From: Anaerohalosphaeraceae bacterium
GTDB taxonomy: Bacteria > Planctomycetota > Phycisphaerae > Sedimentisphaerales > Anaerohalosphaeraceae
DNA: 64,000 nucleotides
Direction: 5' to 3'
NCBI GenBank assembly: GCA_963675525.2
Contig: CAXXSL010000013.1
Location: forward strand, 416,001-480,000
Part shown: positions 28,395 to 38,262 of the stretch, piece by piece
How the letters are laid out: each line of letters starts with the position of its first letter
Position numbering within the stretch: position 1 is the first letter of the stretch
Notes under the pieces: model-generated
What the model was told of the DNA's origin: nothing
Databases searched by the model: none
Seen by the model: the letters and a program-made list of their open reading frames with translations, nothing else
Translations under genes and position numbers: made by a program

Positions 28395-29921
28395 GTGAAA
28401 AATCACAAAACCACTGATACATCGATAAAAACCAGCATCCCTGGAAATAATTTTTTGTTTACGACAGGGTCCCTGGTCATTCTTGCGGGTCTGCTTTTCC
28501 CGATAACCGGCGTTTGGTCGGACATTCTTCTTTCCTTTTGCATTCTCATAAATGTTGCAATAGGACTAATCGGTTTTTCAAATACTCCGGCTGATGAACT
28601 CAAGGGCTTTTCGGGTGTGAGCATCATCGCTTCTGCGGCAAGAATCTTTACCGCTGTGTCTGCCGTAAAGCTCATTTTAACCGGGAGTGCATCCAGTTTA
28701 ATCGCACAATACCTGGCCAGGCCACTCCTTTCAAATCTCTTATTGTCAGTCTTTCTGCTTGGCGCCCTGTTACTGGTGCTTCTGGGAATGGCGGTCCGGC
28801 AATCGCATTCCGTGCTGAAACTTATATCTGATTTTTTTGAAAAAACGCTTCGTGTTAAACAGCTTTATATCGAATCGGCACGTCGGACCCATATCATCAG
28901 CGAGGAGGACGCCGCAATACTACAGGGTCAAACTGAAAGAACAAGTCATTTTTTTTCACAGGCGGCAGGTGCAACCCGTTTTGCTTTCTGTGAAAGCATT
29001 CTCCACGGCTGTATCTACTGTATCGGAATTGTCGGCGTCTTTCTGGTCTCAGCCACCGAAAGCTCGCAACAGTCAATTTCTGTTTTTAGCGCCCTATGCG
29101 AATTGTCCGTTATATTTACACTAATCATGTTATTAGCCGTTAACAGCGTTTTTTCTCTCGCTTCGGTCTCGAAGAAATGTTATCGGGCAACCCAAATCTT
29201 TGAAGAAGATCGGGATGAATCTCAAGGCCAAAAAGTCAAGTCCGTTACAAACGAACTGATCGATGATCCCTTCTCGAAAGATGACGTTTCGGGTCACACG
29301 AACGGACTGTCTCGGCCTCTGCTCAAAACGGGCCAACGGATGCTGTGGCAAAGCCACAATCTGAAAACAAAAAGTCATTATGAATTCGTCTCACAGGTAT
29401 TGCAGAGTGAGTCATTTAATCATGCCAAAATCATTCTTATGGCCGGGGACAGTAACCAAGCGCTGCCGGTAACAATTCCCGCAAATCTGGCGATTCGGCT
29501 GTCGCAGGCCGGTCTAAGCTGCCTGCTGGTAGACCTTGATATTCATCGGGAATCGATCGCACAGGCATTCGAGGCGAAACCTCCTGATTATAAGGCGGGA
29601 AAATTCCTGGTTAAAAGCAACTTCAAACGGGTCGCTCTCCTGCTGGCCGACCTGATTAAAAGGATGGCTCCTGATAAGGTTTCCAGGCTGATTGATCTGT
29701 GTGCCAAGAAGTACGACCGAATCATTCTCTACGCTCCGCAAATCAGCGAATCAGATAAGGTTTCTACCATTGCCGCCTGTTGTACAAGCGCTATGCTGTT
29801 TAGTCAACATCAGGACAATCCGTTTATGCAGCAACTTCGAAAAAGCCTCGAGAACCGCGGCTGTGATATTCTGGAGCCGGATGAAATCCTGATCGAATTG
29901 GAAAGCGAATCAGTTCTCTAA
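28395..29921 (+). CDS. Fusion of a divergent FlhA-type transmembrane domain and a degenerate MinD/FlhG/BY-kinase-like P-loop domain
   Basis: aa ~20-260 align by eye, colinearly, with the TM domain of FlhA at 53585; C-terminal TIPANLAIRLSQAGLSCLLVDLD...YDRIILYAP resembles MinD/ParA/Wzc families. Confidence 0.7.
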   Translation: MKNHKTTDTSIKTSIPGNNFLFTTGSLVILAGLLFPITGVWSDILLSFCILINVAIGLIGFSNTPADELKGFSGVSIIASAARIFTAVSAVKLILTGSASSLIAQYLARPLLSNLLLSVFLLGALLLVLLGMAVRQSHSVLKLISDFFEKTLRVKQLYIESARRTHIISEEDAAILQGQTERTSHFFSQAAGATRFAFCESILHGCIYCIGIVGVFLVSATESSQQSISVFSALCELSVIFTLIMLLAVNSVFSLASVSKKCYRATQIFEEDRDESQGQKVKSVTNELIDDPFSKDDVSGHTNGLSRPLLKTGQRMLWQSHNLKTKSHYEFVSQVLQSESFNHAKIILMAGDSNQALPVTIPANLAIRLSQAGLSCLLVDLDIHRESIAQAFEAKPPDYKAGKFLVKSNFKRVALLLADLIKRMAPDKVSRLIDLCAKKYDRIILYAPQISESDKVSTIAACCTSAMLFSQHQDNPFMQQLRKSLENRGCDILEPDEILIELESESVL

Positions 29922-31988
29922 AGCGGCCAACTGCCGCTGAAACAACGCAATTGTACTTTCCATTCTGGCATACTTGGCCAAAAGCCGTGCTTCAATTTTA
30001 TCTAACCGGTCTTCTTCTCTTTGAATCTGCGTTTCGACGCTGTCGATTCTATCATCAACACTGTTATCTGTCATATCCAGCCGACCGGTACTCGTTTTGA
30101 GAATTTCATCCAGAATGTCCGAAAGCTGACCGCCAATGCCGTGTTTGACACTCACTGTCGCCTCAACAGGATTGCCCAGACCAGGCTGAGAGGGATCATA
30201 GGCGTGAGCACCATCATTGGCCCATTTAAATGAAAGCATTAATGCTTTTTCCGGATCGTCCGTGGAATAATCCAGTGTCCCTTTGATCATGTTGCCATCC
30301 ACCGTCGCCGCCCGGGCCTGAGACCAGTCCTCTGTGCTTTTCTTGATCCAGGCCCCGGTCATATTACCGGCTGCATCACAGGCCACACGAACGTTATATT
30401 CCCCCGCTTGCGTATATTCATTGGCGCTGTAGAAACCAATACTGGTGCTGTTGCTGTATCCATCTCCAACCGCACCTATCAGTCTAATTAATCCCTTGTA
30501 ATTATCATTAACTGCATCGTCAAATTTGGATGTATCCAGATCGATCCTGCCGGAACCGTCCAAACTCAATCCAATATCCGAAGCCCTGCTGTATTCATCT
30601 AAATCACCACTAAAGCCCGTCAATATACCGATCAGCGGACTTCGTAAGCTCGTTTTGATAAATGACACCGCGGATTCACGGCTCAGTATCCCCATTTTCT
30701 TGCTTTCCTGATCATATTGCGTTTTTTCCTCAATAAAATCCACGAGATCATTATAAGCAGTAACAAATTCTTCGATTTTAGCTCGAATCTGTTCGGTATC
30801 ATTACTAATTGTTATTTTGATTGTGCCTCCGTTATCCGGCAAATCAATCAGGTTCAATGTTACACCGTTGATGACGTCATTGATACTGTTGCTGCTGCGG
30901 GAAATCCACTCATCTACTCCCGGGGGGTAACCATTGATCTTGATCTGTGCGTCTTGTGCGGTTTGAGTCTTTATGAAACTGTCAGGCAGAAGCGACGCGA
31001 TTCCGCCTATCACGGAACCGCCATCCGTTTTAACAGCGAAACCGGGAAGGGTCAGTGATGCAGACCCGGCAGGATCTGCCGTAAAAGCCAGACTCAGAGA
31101 AAGGGAACTGGCCCCGCTCATATCATCTGACATGTAAATCCGTCCATCTTCATACCACGCCGTTGCCACACCATCAAAGGCTTCGTTGATACTATCAATC
31201 AGATGCTGAATCGTTGTGTTCTCGGTTATTGTCAAGTCAACCGATGTGATCGCCGTACCTGCATTATCCGTTCCGCTGATGGTAATCGTGTCGGTCGTTC
31301 CCAGTGAACCGGAAAACTGGTCCAGTTCAACCAGCTTTCTTGATACGGATACAGCCTGACTGTTCACGGTTAATTCAGTTTGAGCCTCTAACAACTCTGT
31401 ATTGCTGGAATTAATGGTAATGACATTATCGGCACCGGTTTCATCACCGGTAAGCATCATGTGGTAGGTGCCGTCCTGATACAGAAGACCGGCAGTGACA
31501 CCGGGATTATCGGGGTTGTTGTTAATCAAGCCGACCAGACCTTCAAGAGTTGTGCTGTTTTCGATCGTCGGAACTGAAAATTCCTTGTTGTTATAGGAAA
31601 AAATGAAGTTTCCGCCGCCAACATAATCTGTTTCGTAAGCAAATGTTGATGTCTGCTGAATCCATGTGTCGCTGGACGCCAGTTGATTAATCTCAACGCT
31701 ATGCGTCCCTGCATTGGCATTAGAATTAGTCGAAAGAGCCAGACTGTCCTCATCGCTGGAGGTTGCCAGGAATGATTCTAATTCGTCCATATCAGCGATC
31801 TTAGACACTGCCGAATCCAAGGCTTTGGCCTTCGATCGCAGTTCCCCCAGAGCCGAAGACTTATCGTCCAGTTGGGCCTTCTGATTCTGAAACCTTTGCA
31901 GACGATAGCTGTAACTGGTCATAAGCTGCTGAACCAACTCGGTTGTATCAATCCCCGTCGAAAGTCCTGAAAGACGTATCTCACCCAT
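29910..31988 (-). CDS. fliD: Flagellar filament cap protein
   Basis: LSGLSTGIDT, GTHSVEINQLA, AQDAQIKING, SNSINDVINGVTLNL, FVTAYN, KYARME. Confidence 0.93.
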   Translation of the reverse strand: MGEIRLSGLSTGIDTTELVQQLMTSYSYRLQRFQNQKAQLDDKSSALGELRSKAKALDSAVSKIADMDELESFLATSSDEDSLALSTNSNANAGTHSVEINQLASSDTWIQQTSTFAYETDYVGGGNFIFSYNNKEFSVPTIENSTTLEGLVGLINNNPDNPGVTAGLLYQDGTYHMMLTGDETGADNVITINSSNTELLEAQTELTVNSQAVSVSRKLVELDQFSGSLGTTDTITISGTDNAGTAITSVDLTITENTTIQHLIDSINEAFDGVATAWYEDGRIYMSDDMSGASSLSLSLAFTADPAGSASLTLPGFAVKTDGGSVIGGIASLLPDSFIKTQTAQDAQIKINGYPPGVDEWISRSSNSINDVINGVTLNLIDLPDNGGTIKITISNDTEQIRAKIEEFVTAYNDLVDFIEEKTQYDQESKKMGILSRESAVSFIKTSLRSPLIGILTGFSGDLDEYSRASDIGLSLDGSGRIDLDTSKFDDAVNDNYKGLIRLIGAVGDGYSNSTSIGFYSANEYTQAGEYNVRVACDAAGNMTGAWIKKSTEDWSQARAATVDGNMIKGTLDYSTDDPEKALMLSFKWANDGAHAYDPSQPGLGNPVEATVSVKHGIGGQLSDILDEILKTSTGRLDMTDNSVDDRIDSVETQIQREEDRLDKIEARLLAKYARMESTIALFQRQLAALEN

Positions 31989-32352
31989 AACGACCCCCTT
32001 TCATTTGACTTGCTCTCTCGGCAAAAATACCCGATTGCTTGTAATATTTCAGCACATTTTTATTCTTCTTCATACACTTTAACTGCTCAGTCATCTTCGT
32101 TTTTGCCGCATGCAACATTAAATTTAGTTCGCGATATAACACCCGAGTCCTCTGGGCCTGATAACCATCGCGATTCTTTTTGTATTCTGTTGTTTTTTGA
32201 ATTTGTTCAATAACGTTCCGGCAGTTTACAGCAACTTCTTCGATCCCTCTGAAATCATTACTGCGAACTCGCTCGATTTGGGAGGATAGAATTCGCTGTA
32301 ACTGTTCATATGGAGTGTTCTTGGAAAGGCTCATCATTTGCGCTACTTTCAT
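31981..32352 (-). CDS. Small helical protein, possible FliT/FlgN-like chaperone
   Basis: ~120 aa, helical, overlaps the fliD start; ends in a KYY motif reminiscent of FliT/FlgN; family not certain. Confidence 0.45.
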   Translation of the reverse strand: MKVAQMMSLSKNTPYEQLQRILSSQIERVRSNDFRGIEEVAVNCRNVIEQIQKTTEYKKNRDGYQAQRTRVLYRELNLMLHAAKTKMTEQLKCMKKNKNVLKYYKQSGIFAERASQMKGGRYG

Positions 32353-32966
32353 TTTTGTTTTGAAAGATTATATTCAACTTCTTCAAGTAAATCTATCGCA
32401 ATGTCATTATTGGGAGCAATGCGGATCGTTTCAGTTAAAATCTTTTTGGCCTGTGCAAATTTATTATCCCGGATATAAAGGCTTGCCAAACATGACATCA
32501 CCGATGTATCCCGGGGGTGCATCTGAAGATAACTCTCCAGGTAGCCGGTCATTTTCTCAAAAGTCCGCATCTGACAGGACACCTGAAAAAGCCCTAACAG
32601 CGCGAGTAAATTTTCGGGGTCGGATTCGACGCTCTTGAGATACATCTCAAACGCAAAGGCAAAGTCTTCTCTTTCCTGAGCAATTACGGCAAGCCCCAAA
32701 TAGGCACGTGAACAAGTTGGATTCAAACGACGGGCCACCCTGAAAGAAATCTCGGCCCGATCCAGATCGCCCCGCTGATATTCCAACAGCGCCATCCCAA
32801 CATAGGGGGCTGAGGCATCCGGATCAAGAATTGCCGCTTGTTCGTAATGCCGAAATGCCTGAATGTAATCTTCCGACACACAGCATCCATCGCCCATTTG
32901 CAACAACAACAGGCTTTGGTCCCTGTCGTCATGCTCTCCATTCTGTTCACTTTGATTCCAGTTCAT
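32349..32966 (-). CDS. Tetratricopeptide-repeat protein
   Basis: About five TPR-like 34-aa units (YEQAAILDP, ARRLNP, SVESDP, QMHP, RIAP); GAAGGA RBS before ATG 32966. Confidence 0.8.
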   Translation of the reverse strand: MNWNQSEQNGEHDDRDQSLLLLQMGDGCCVSEDYIQAFRHYEQAAILDPDASAPYVGMALLEYQRGDLDRAEISFRVARRLNPTCSRAYLGLAVIAQEREDFAFAFEMYLKSVESDPENLLALLGLFQVSCQMRTFEKMTGYLESYLQMHPRDTSVMSCLASLYIRDNKFAQAKKILTETIRIAPNNDIAIDLLEEVEYNLSKQK

Positions 32967-33087
32967 TTGTGATCCTTCAATAAATACATCTCCCTCCACA
33001 ACTACCAAACAACAGCCAGGAACTTAATACGTTCCATCCTGTCTGAACGAGTACTTTTAATGCAGAGTTGTGATTTCAGCATTCTTT

Positions 33088-34290
33088 TTAATCGATAAAA
33101 TTAAACAGCGACAAAGTCAACATTCGACTGGCGATTGACAAAGATGTTTGATACAGCATTTCATAATAGGTCAAATCAATTGAAACCTGTGCGATATCAA
33201 CCTCATCAATATTAGAGATATTTTCCTGAACATTATATTCAATATCTTCAAGGTTATTCCTGATCGATTCCAGATAACTCATCTTTGAACCTGCCAGCAT
33301 GGACTCATTGGTCAGTTGATCTGAGATATCTTCAAGGGCATTATAAATCGGACCAATCAAATACTCCCTGATCTGTTCTTCTGACAAGGAGCCATCTGAA
33401 GTTTGGCAAATGTCCCTGGCCATGATCAGCACATCAAAAACACTATGCGTCCCAGGCGCTTCCACTAATTCAACACCCGCTTGTGTAATTTGTGTCGTAT
33501 CCACATACAATACCTGCCCGTTCGTGGAATCGGTAACAGCCAGATTGTCAGGCCCTGTCCCGTCATCGGGAATCGTATAGGTATCGACCCCGCCGTTAAT
33601 CGTCAGTGTATATTCATTATTTAGCGCATCATGGGTCACTTCAAGAGAAGCAAATCCCTTGAGATTCGATGTGCCGGAACCGGCAGCGGCGCCTGTTGTT
33701 CCTTCAAATTGCGGCGATGTACGGGAATTCAACTGAAAAACGTCATTCCCTGCCTTATAAAGTACCGTCTCAATACTGCTGTATGTTTCCGCAGAGAGAT
33801 CGTTTTCTGCGCCGACATATTGAACCGCTGTAATTTGGCCGTTTTCCCGCGTCACCTCATACGGTTGGGTTTTGACGCTCGTTCCTGAAAATAAATACTG
33901 CCCCTGCTGCGACGTATTTGCATAGGAAACAAGTTGGCCAAGAATGTCATCTATTTCAAGTGCGGTACGCCGTCGCTGGGCCTCATTAAAATAAGTTCCG
34001 CTGGTAACCTGAGTCAATGTTACACGGAAATCAGTCAGTGTAGAGGCGGCTTCATTTGTCACAGTGGAACTCTGCTGCAGTACGGTGGAGGCACTATTAA
34101 TATTATCAATATAATTTTGGAGCTGCCGCTGATTTGTTTTCAGCCCCAAAAGTTGGTAAGCACCGGTCGGGTTATCACTTGCACGATTCACCATTGACCC
34201 GCTGGTTGCCTGCTCCTGCAGTCGAATCAATCCGTCTGTGTGCTTGTTCAGCGCAACAAGCGTATTATTATAAATGCTATTGAGTATCAT
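33088..34290 (-). CDS. flgL: Hook-associated protein 3
   Basis: VNRASDNP, ANTSQQGQYLFSG, YQTSL..ASRMLTLSLFNFI. Confidence 0.93.
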   Translation of the reverse strand: MILNSIYNNTLVALNKHTDGLIRLQEQATSGSMVNRASDNPTGAYQLLGLKTNQRQLQNYIDNINSASTVLQQSSTVTNEAASTLTDFRVTLTQVTSGTYFNEAQRRRTALEIDDILGQLVSYANTSQQGQYLFSGTSVKTQPYEVTRENGQITAVQYVGAENDLSAETYSSIETVLYKAGNDVFQLNSRTSPQFEGTTGAAAGSGTSNLKGFASLEVTHDALNNEYTLTINGGVDTYTIPDDGTGPDNLAVTDSTNGQVLYVDTTQITQAGVELVEAPGTHSVFDVLIMARDICQTSDGSLSEEQIREYLIGPIYNALEDISDQLTNESMLAGSKMSYLESIRNNLEDIEYNVQENISNIDEVDIAQVSIDLTYYEMLYQTSLSIASRMLTLSLFNFID

Positions 34291-34303
34291 ACCTACAGGA
34301 CCC

Positions 34304-36247
34304 CTATATAAGTTCCATTAATGTGGACAACACGTTTTGTATGGTCTCAATATACTTGGCCATCCCCTGAAACATCTGTTCATAGACGATCATTTGCGTT
34401 GCCTGTTCATTGATATCCACACCACTGATTTCCGCCTGCTGGTTGGCAAGATTCTGTGTAATACTGGAAATATTTTCGTGCTGCATTTCCTTGATACTGA
34501 TCATCTGGCCAAGGTCACTTACAAATTGCTGATAATACACATCAAATGTCAAGTCATTCAAGTTTCCAATCGGCGTGTCTCTCAAGGCAATCATTTTCTT
34601 CAGCCCCGCATTGTCCGTCATTTCCGGCCCCTGCGACACTGCAATACGTGTCAAATCATTGCTCACATCAGAACAAACAGCAATGTCAGCGGCACCGGAG
34701 CCCTGAAATAATGTATTCATGCCCGATGCACTCAGCAATCCGCTGTCGTCAGTCGACGCAAACACTTCGACTGTAAAGCTCTGTCCATCAATTACCGAAC
34801 CAGCCCCTACGGAAATAAATACCTCTTCTTCAATCTCAATGAGGTCTCCCGCAGCATAACCGGTCCCGATATTTACGGTTTTAATCAGCTGACCGTCAAC
34901 GGATATTTCTAAAGACAGGTCATCTAAATTAGAAATGTCCCCATCGCCAACCACGGTACAGGTATAAACCTTGTTCGATGCCCCCGAATAGATACCCGAC
35001 ACGGCAACGTCAATTGACAAGTCAGAGGCGGACGGTTCAGGCAGCAGCGCCGGTGTAAAATCAAATTCATAATCCACATCAGCATTGATCGACAATTTTG
35101 AATTTTCTACTGAACCGGTCAGCCCGCCAATGGCACTGATTTTTGTGGCGATATCAGCCAGTGTATCGGTCGTCAAAACGTCAACTGCCTGTCGTGTAGT
35201 CTGGCCGGTTGTCGTATTCGTCACACGAATGTAAAATGTTCCGTCTGAAATAGCATCATTCTCGGAGAGCATTCCCGAAATCGGTGTAACCCCGGTTAGC
35301 GAAGTAAAAGCTCCGGACGCTCCGACCGACTGAGTATGAATTTCATTGACCCGGTCGATGAACGAAACAGCCAGTGTATCCAGCTGTTCCTGTATCTCTT
35401 CAATCAGGTTATTGCTCAAAGACAGCAAGCCGCCCAGTGTTCCGCCTGTGACATTTGTCCGGCAAGCCGTTCCCCCTTCAATGACAAGTCCCAGTTCACC
35501 CTCATCAGTATGACCAATAACAAAAGTGACCAAAGTGCTCCCCGAAACAACCGGCACATTAGAGATGATTAAATCGATGACACCATTGGCCTTATTTGTA
35601 ACATCAACACCCACCAACTCTGACAAATCTGTAAGATACTTGTCTCGCTGGTCTTTAAGGCTGCTCACATCGCCGCCGGTCATCTCAACCTGTGCGATTT
35701 GATCATTCATTTCTGCAATCAGCGCGGTTAGCTGATTAATCTCTTCAACGGCAATTTCAGCCTGCTGTTGCATTTGAGACTGAAGATCGTATAGATAATC
35801 GCCCACAAAGTTAAACTGATCAACCAGCGATTGCGCCGCACCCAACAGTTGATTTTGCCATATACTGTCAGCGGGAGATAAACTTAAATCTTCCAGAGAA
35901 TTGAAAAAATTATCAATTGCCACACTCAATGTTCCCTGGCTCTGAAATTCACCCAGCATGTTCTCAACCGTACGCAGCGTCGTAAGTTCCCGGTTAAGAC
36001 TGGATTGAAGGGAATTCTGTTTCAAGATTTCCCGCTCCAGCATCGTATCAATCATGCGGACGGCACCATCCACAGACACACCTCCGCCGACAAGCACGCC
36101 GCCGGTCTGTGAGGTATAGGATGGTGACAATTGTATGACCTGCTTGTGATAGCCTTCGGTAGCCGCATTGGCAATATTATTCCCAATAATGTCAATGGCA
36201 CTTTGTGCAGCTTTTAAGCCCGACAAACCTATGCCTAAATCACTCAT
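34304..36247 (-). CDS. flgK: Hook-associated protein 1
   Basis: GLSGLKAAQ..IGNNIANAATEGY, LKDQRD, ISGVDINEQ. Confidence 0.95.
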   Translation of the reverse strand: MSDLGIGLSGLKAAQSAIDIIGNNIANAATEGYHKQVIQLSPSYTSQTGGVLVGGGVSVDGAVRMIDTMLEREILKQNSLQSSLNRELTTLRTVENMLGEFQSQGTLSVAIDNFFNSLEDLSLSPADSIWQNQLLGAAQSLVDQFNFVGDYLYDLQSQMQQQAEIAVEEINQLTALIAEMNDQIAQVEMTGGDVSSLKDQRDKYLTDLSELVGVDVTNKANGVIDLIISNVPVVSGSTLVTFVIGHTDEGELGLVIEGGTACRTNVTGGTLGGLLSLSNNLIEEIQEQLDTLAVSFIDRVNEIHTQSVGASGAFTSLTGVTPISGMLSENDAISDGTFYIRVTNTTTGQTTRQAVDVLTTDTLADIATKISAIGGLTGSVENSKLSINADVDYEFDFTPALLPEPSASDLSIDVAVSGIYSGASNKVYTCTVVGDGDISNLDDLSLEISVDGQLIKTVNIGTGYAAGDLIEIEEEVFISVGAGSVIDGQSFTVEVFASTDDSGLLSASGMNTLFQGSGAADIAVCSDVSNDLTRIAVSQGPEMTDNAGLKKMIALRDTPIGNLNDLTFDVYYQQFVSDLGQMISIKEMQHENISSITQNLANQQAEISGVDINEQATQMIVYEQMFQGMAKYIETIQNVLSTLMELI

Positions 36248-36268
36248 AAAGTCATTCCTTGGTCATCA

Positions 36269-36787
36269 TTAAAAATGGTAATTCATCAATGCACGATGTG
36301 CAGACCTGCCGGTTCGACCGTCAGCGTTATAGGTCATCGTCTCACTCGATCCAAGCTGCAGGAGTTTGTTCAGCATCATCGTATTCAGGCGGGCATATTC
36401 TCGTACCAGCATCGCTGTTGACCGACCTTTTTTCTTCAGCACCTCTCCTAACTGACTCAGTCGTTGCCGTGTTTCCAATAACTCCTGCCGCAAATCCTCC
36501 GATGCATAGTCAGCAATCGCTGAAAGACAAACGTCCTCGAAATCCATCTCCAGCATTCCGGAAAGTTCCCGTCGTAAATTTTGACGGGCATATTCATTCA
36601 TCGCATATGTATCCGATGCTGAACGAATCTCTTTCAGCAATCTATCCAGAGATACGGAGTCCCGCTTGATAATAAATTCCCTAAGCTGATCAAGCCATTT
36701 GACCGCTTTTTCAAGAGTTATCTCCTCCTTGTTAAGAACAGAGAGGAGTTGCCGCGTTTTTTCTTCTATATTCATCGTCGTTCTCAT
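36269..36787 (-). CDS. flgN: FlgK/FlgL export chaperone
   Basis: Helical ~170 aa ending TYNADG, immediately upstream of flgK. Confidence 0.75.
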   Translation of the reverse strand: MRTTMNIEEKTRQLLSVLNKEEITLEKAVKWLDQLREFIIKRDSVSLDRLLKEIRSASDTYAMNEYARQNLRRELSGMLEMDFEDVCLSAIADYASEDLRQELLETRQRLSQLGEVLKKKGRSTAMLVREYARLNTMMLNKLLQLGSSETMTYNADGRTGRSAHRALMNYHF

Positions 36788-37128
36788 AAGGCCTGATCCA
36801 ATTTATTCGTTTCGATTCCACCGTTCGAGAGCTGTTCCAGCGAAGCGGACAGATCCTTCCACAATCCCAGGCCGCCCTGTTTGGAAATCGCGTCAGAAAG
36901 ATAAAAGCTGAAAATACCATTAATCTGATTGAACGCACTTTCTTTTTCGCCACCCCATTGCCCCACCGTGTCCTGCATTGTCTCCACCAGCTTGTTAATC
37001 AGAACGGATTCAAAACTTTGAGCTGCTTCAATCAGATTTTGGTTCGATGGCCTGTTTGATCGTTCAAGAGCAACATCTGTTTCGGACTGGCGAGCGATAC
37101 TATCAGTCATCAATTCAATACGATTCAT
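36784..37128 (-). CDS. flgJ: Rod-binding FlgJ (no muramidase domain)
   Basis: AAQSFESVLINKLVETM, GGLGL; after flgI. Confidence 0.8.
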   Translation of the reverse strand: MNRIELMTDSIARQSETDVALERSNRPSNQNLIEAAQSFESVLINKLVETMQDTVGQWGGEKESAFNQINGIFSFYLSDAISKQGGLGLWKDLSASLEQLSNGGIETNKLDQAL

Positions 37129-37137
37129 TTATCATCC

Positions 37138-38262
37138 TTACATAATTTCAAGCTTGGCCTGCAATGCACCGGCCTGCTTCAATGCGTTAAAGATTGCAAT
37201 CAAGTCACTGGGGCTGGCTCCGATCGAATTCAGCAGCTTCGACAGATTCGCCACATTCGTTACATGCGGAACAGGAATAAGAACGCCGGCTTTCTCCTCA
37301 ACATTCAACTGTGTATCCGGAATTATCTGCGTACTTCCGGCATCCGAGAAAGGGGCCGAGGGTTGAGAAACAAAAGCGCTTTCCTTGACCTTCACAACCA
37401 AACTGCCCTGCGCAATTGCTACCGTTGATATCTGTACATTTTCACCCACAACAATGGTTCCGGTCCGTTCATTGATGACAACAACAGCCGGTATTTCCAC
37501 AACAACCTCAAGACTGATAACTTTATTGATGAAAGATGCAATCTCGGAATCGTTAACTTCTGCGGGAATCTCAATCTGGACGGTTCCGGGATCAAACACC
37601 TTCGCAGCATTGGGATATTGCTCGTTAATAGCATGATGGATACGGTCAACCGTTGAGAAATCTTGATTTCTCAAATTCAGCGTGACAAATCGCTGCTCGA
37701 TCACACGATCAATATATGTCGAAAGCTCCGACCGCTCGACCGTCGCTCCATTGGGAATGCGTCCAACTGTCTGGTGGTTTTTACTGATCGAAGCCCCTTC
37801 TCCCTGTACCGTCCATCCACTAACAGAAATCCCTCCTTGAGCAACGGCATATACATTTCCATCCAAACCCTTAAGAGGCGTCGGTAGCAGTGTCCCGCCT
37901 TTGAGACTTTTGGCGTCTTCCATCGATGAAACCGTTACATCCACGAGCATTCCTTCCCGGTCGAACGGTCCCAACGCCGCGGTCACAATCACAATCGCAA
38001 TATTGCCGCCGCTCAAATCGGATGGTGAGGCAACAAGCCCGGAATCTTTCAAAATATTAGTCAGCATTTGCCGGGAAGGTAATGTGCTGTCGCCGGTATC
38101 TGCCAATCCCACTACCAGACCAATTCCTGACAGAGGGTTGAACCGAACCCCCTGAATGTCGACAATATCTTTGATCTTTTCGGCGCTGCATGAAACCGCC
38201 AGTAATAATATAACCAACCCTAAAATTATTTTATTTGTATTCATGTGTAATATTTTATCCAT
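37138..38262 (-). CDS. flgI: P-ring protein
   Basis: KIKDI, GIGLVVGLADTGD, GRIPNGATVE, VINERTGTIVVG, ALKQAGALQAKLEIM. Confidence 0.97.
   Translation of the reverse strand: MDKILHMNTNKIILGLVILLLAVSCSAEKIKDIVDIQGVRFNPLSGIGLVVGLADTGDSTLPSRQMLTNILKDSGLVASPSDLSGGNIAIVIVTAALGPFDREGMLVDVTVSSMEDAKSLKGGTLLPTPLKGLDGNVYAVAQGGISVSGWTVQGEGASISKNHQTVGRIPNGATVERSELSTYIDRVIEQRFVTLNLRNQDFSTVDRIHHAINEQYPNAAKVFDPGTVQIEIPAEVNDSEIASFINKVISLEVVVEIPAVVVINERTGTIVVGENVQISTVAIAQGSLVVKVKESAFVSQPSAPFSDAGSTQIIPDTQLNVEEKAGVLIPVPHVTNVANLSKLLNSIGASPSDLIAIFNALKQAGALQAKLEIM

Noticed and set aside
33002..33082. 26-codon ORF (MLKSQLCIK...VVW) just after flgL
   Set aside because: Too short with no supporting feature; not a recognisable fliW or csrA remnant.
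38180..38244. FlgI lipobox (AVSC)
   Set aside because: An SPase I site (CSA-EKIKD) gives the canonical mature FlgI N-terminus and is the simpler reading.
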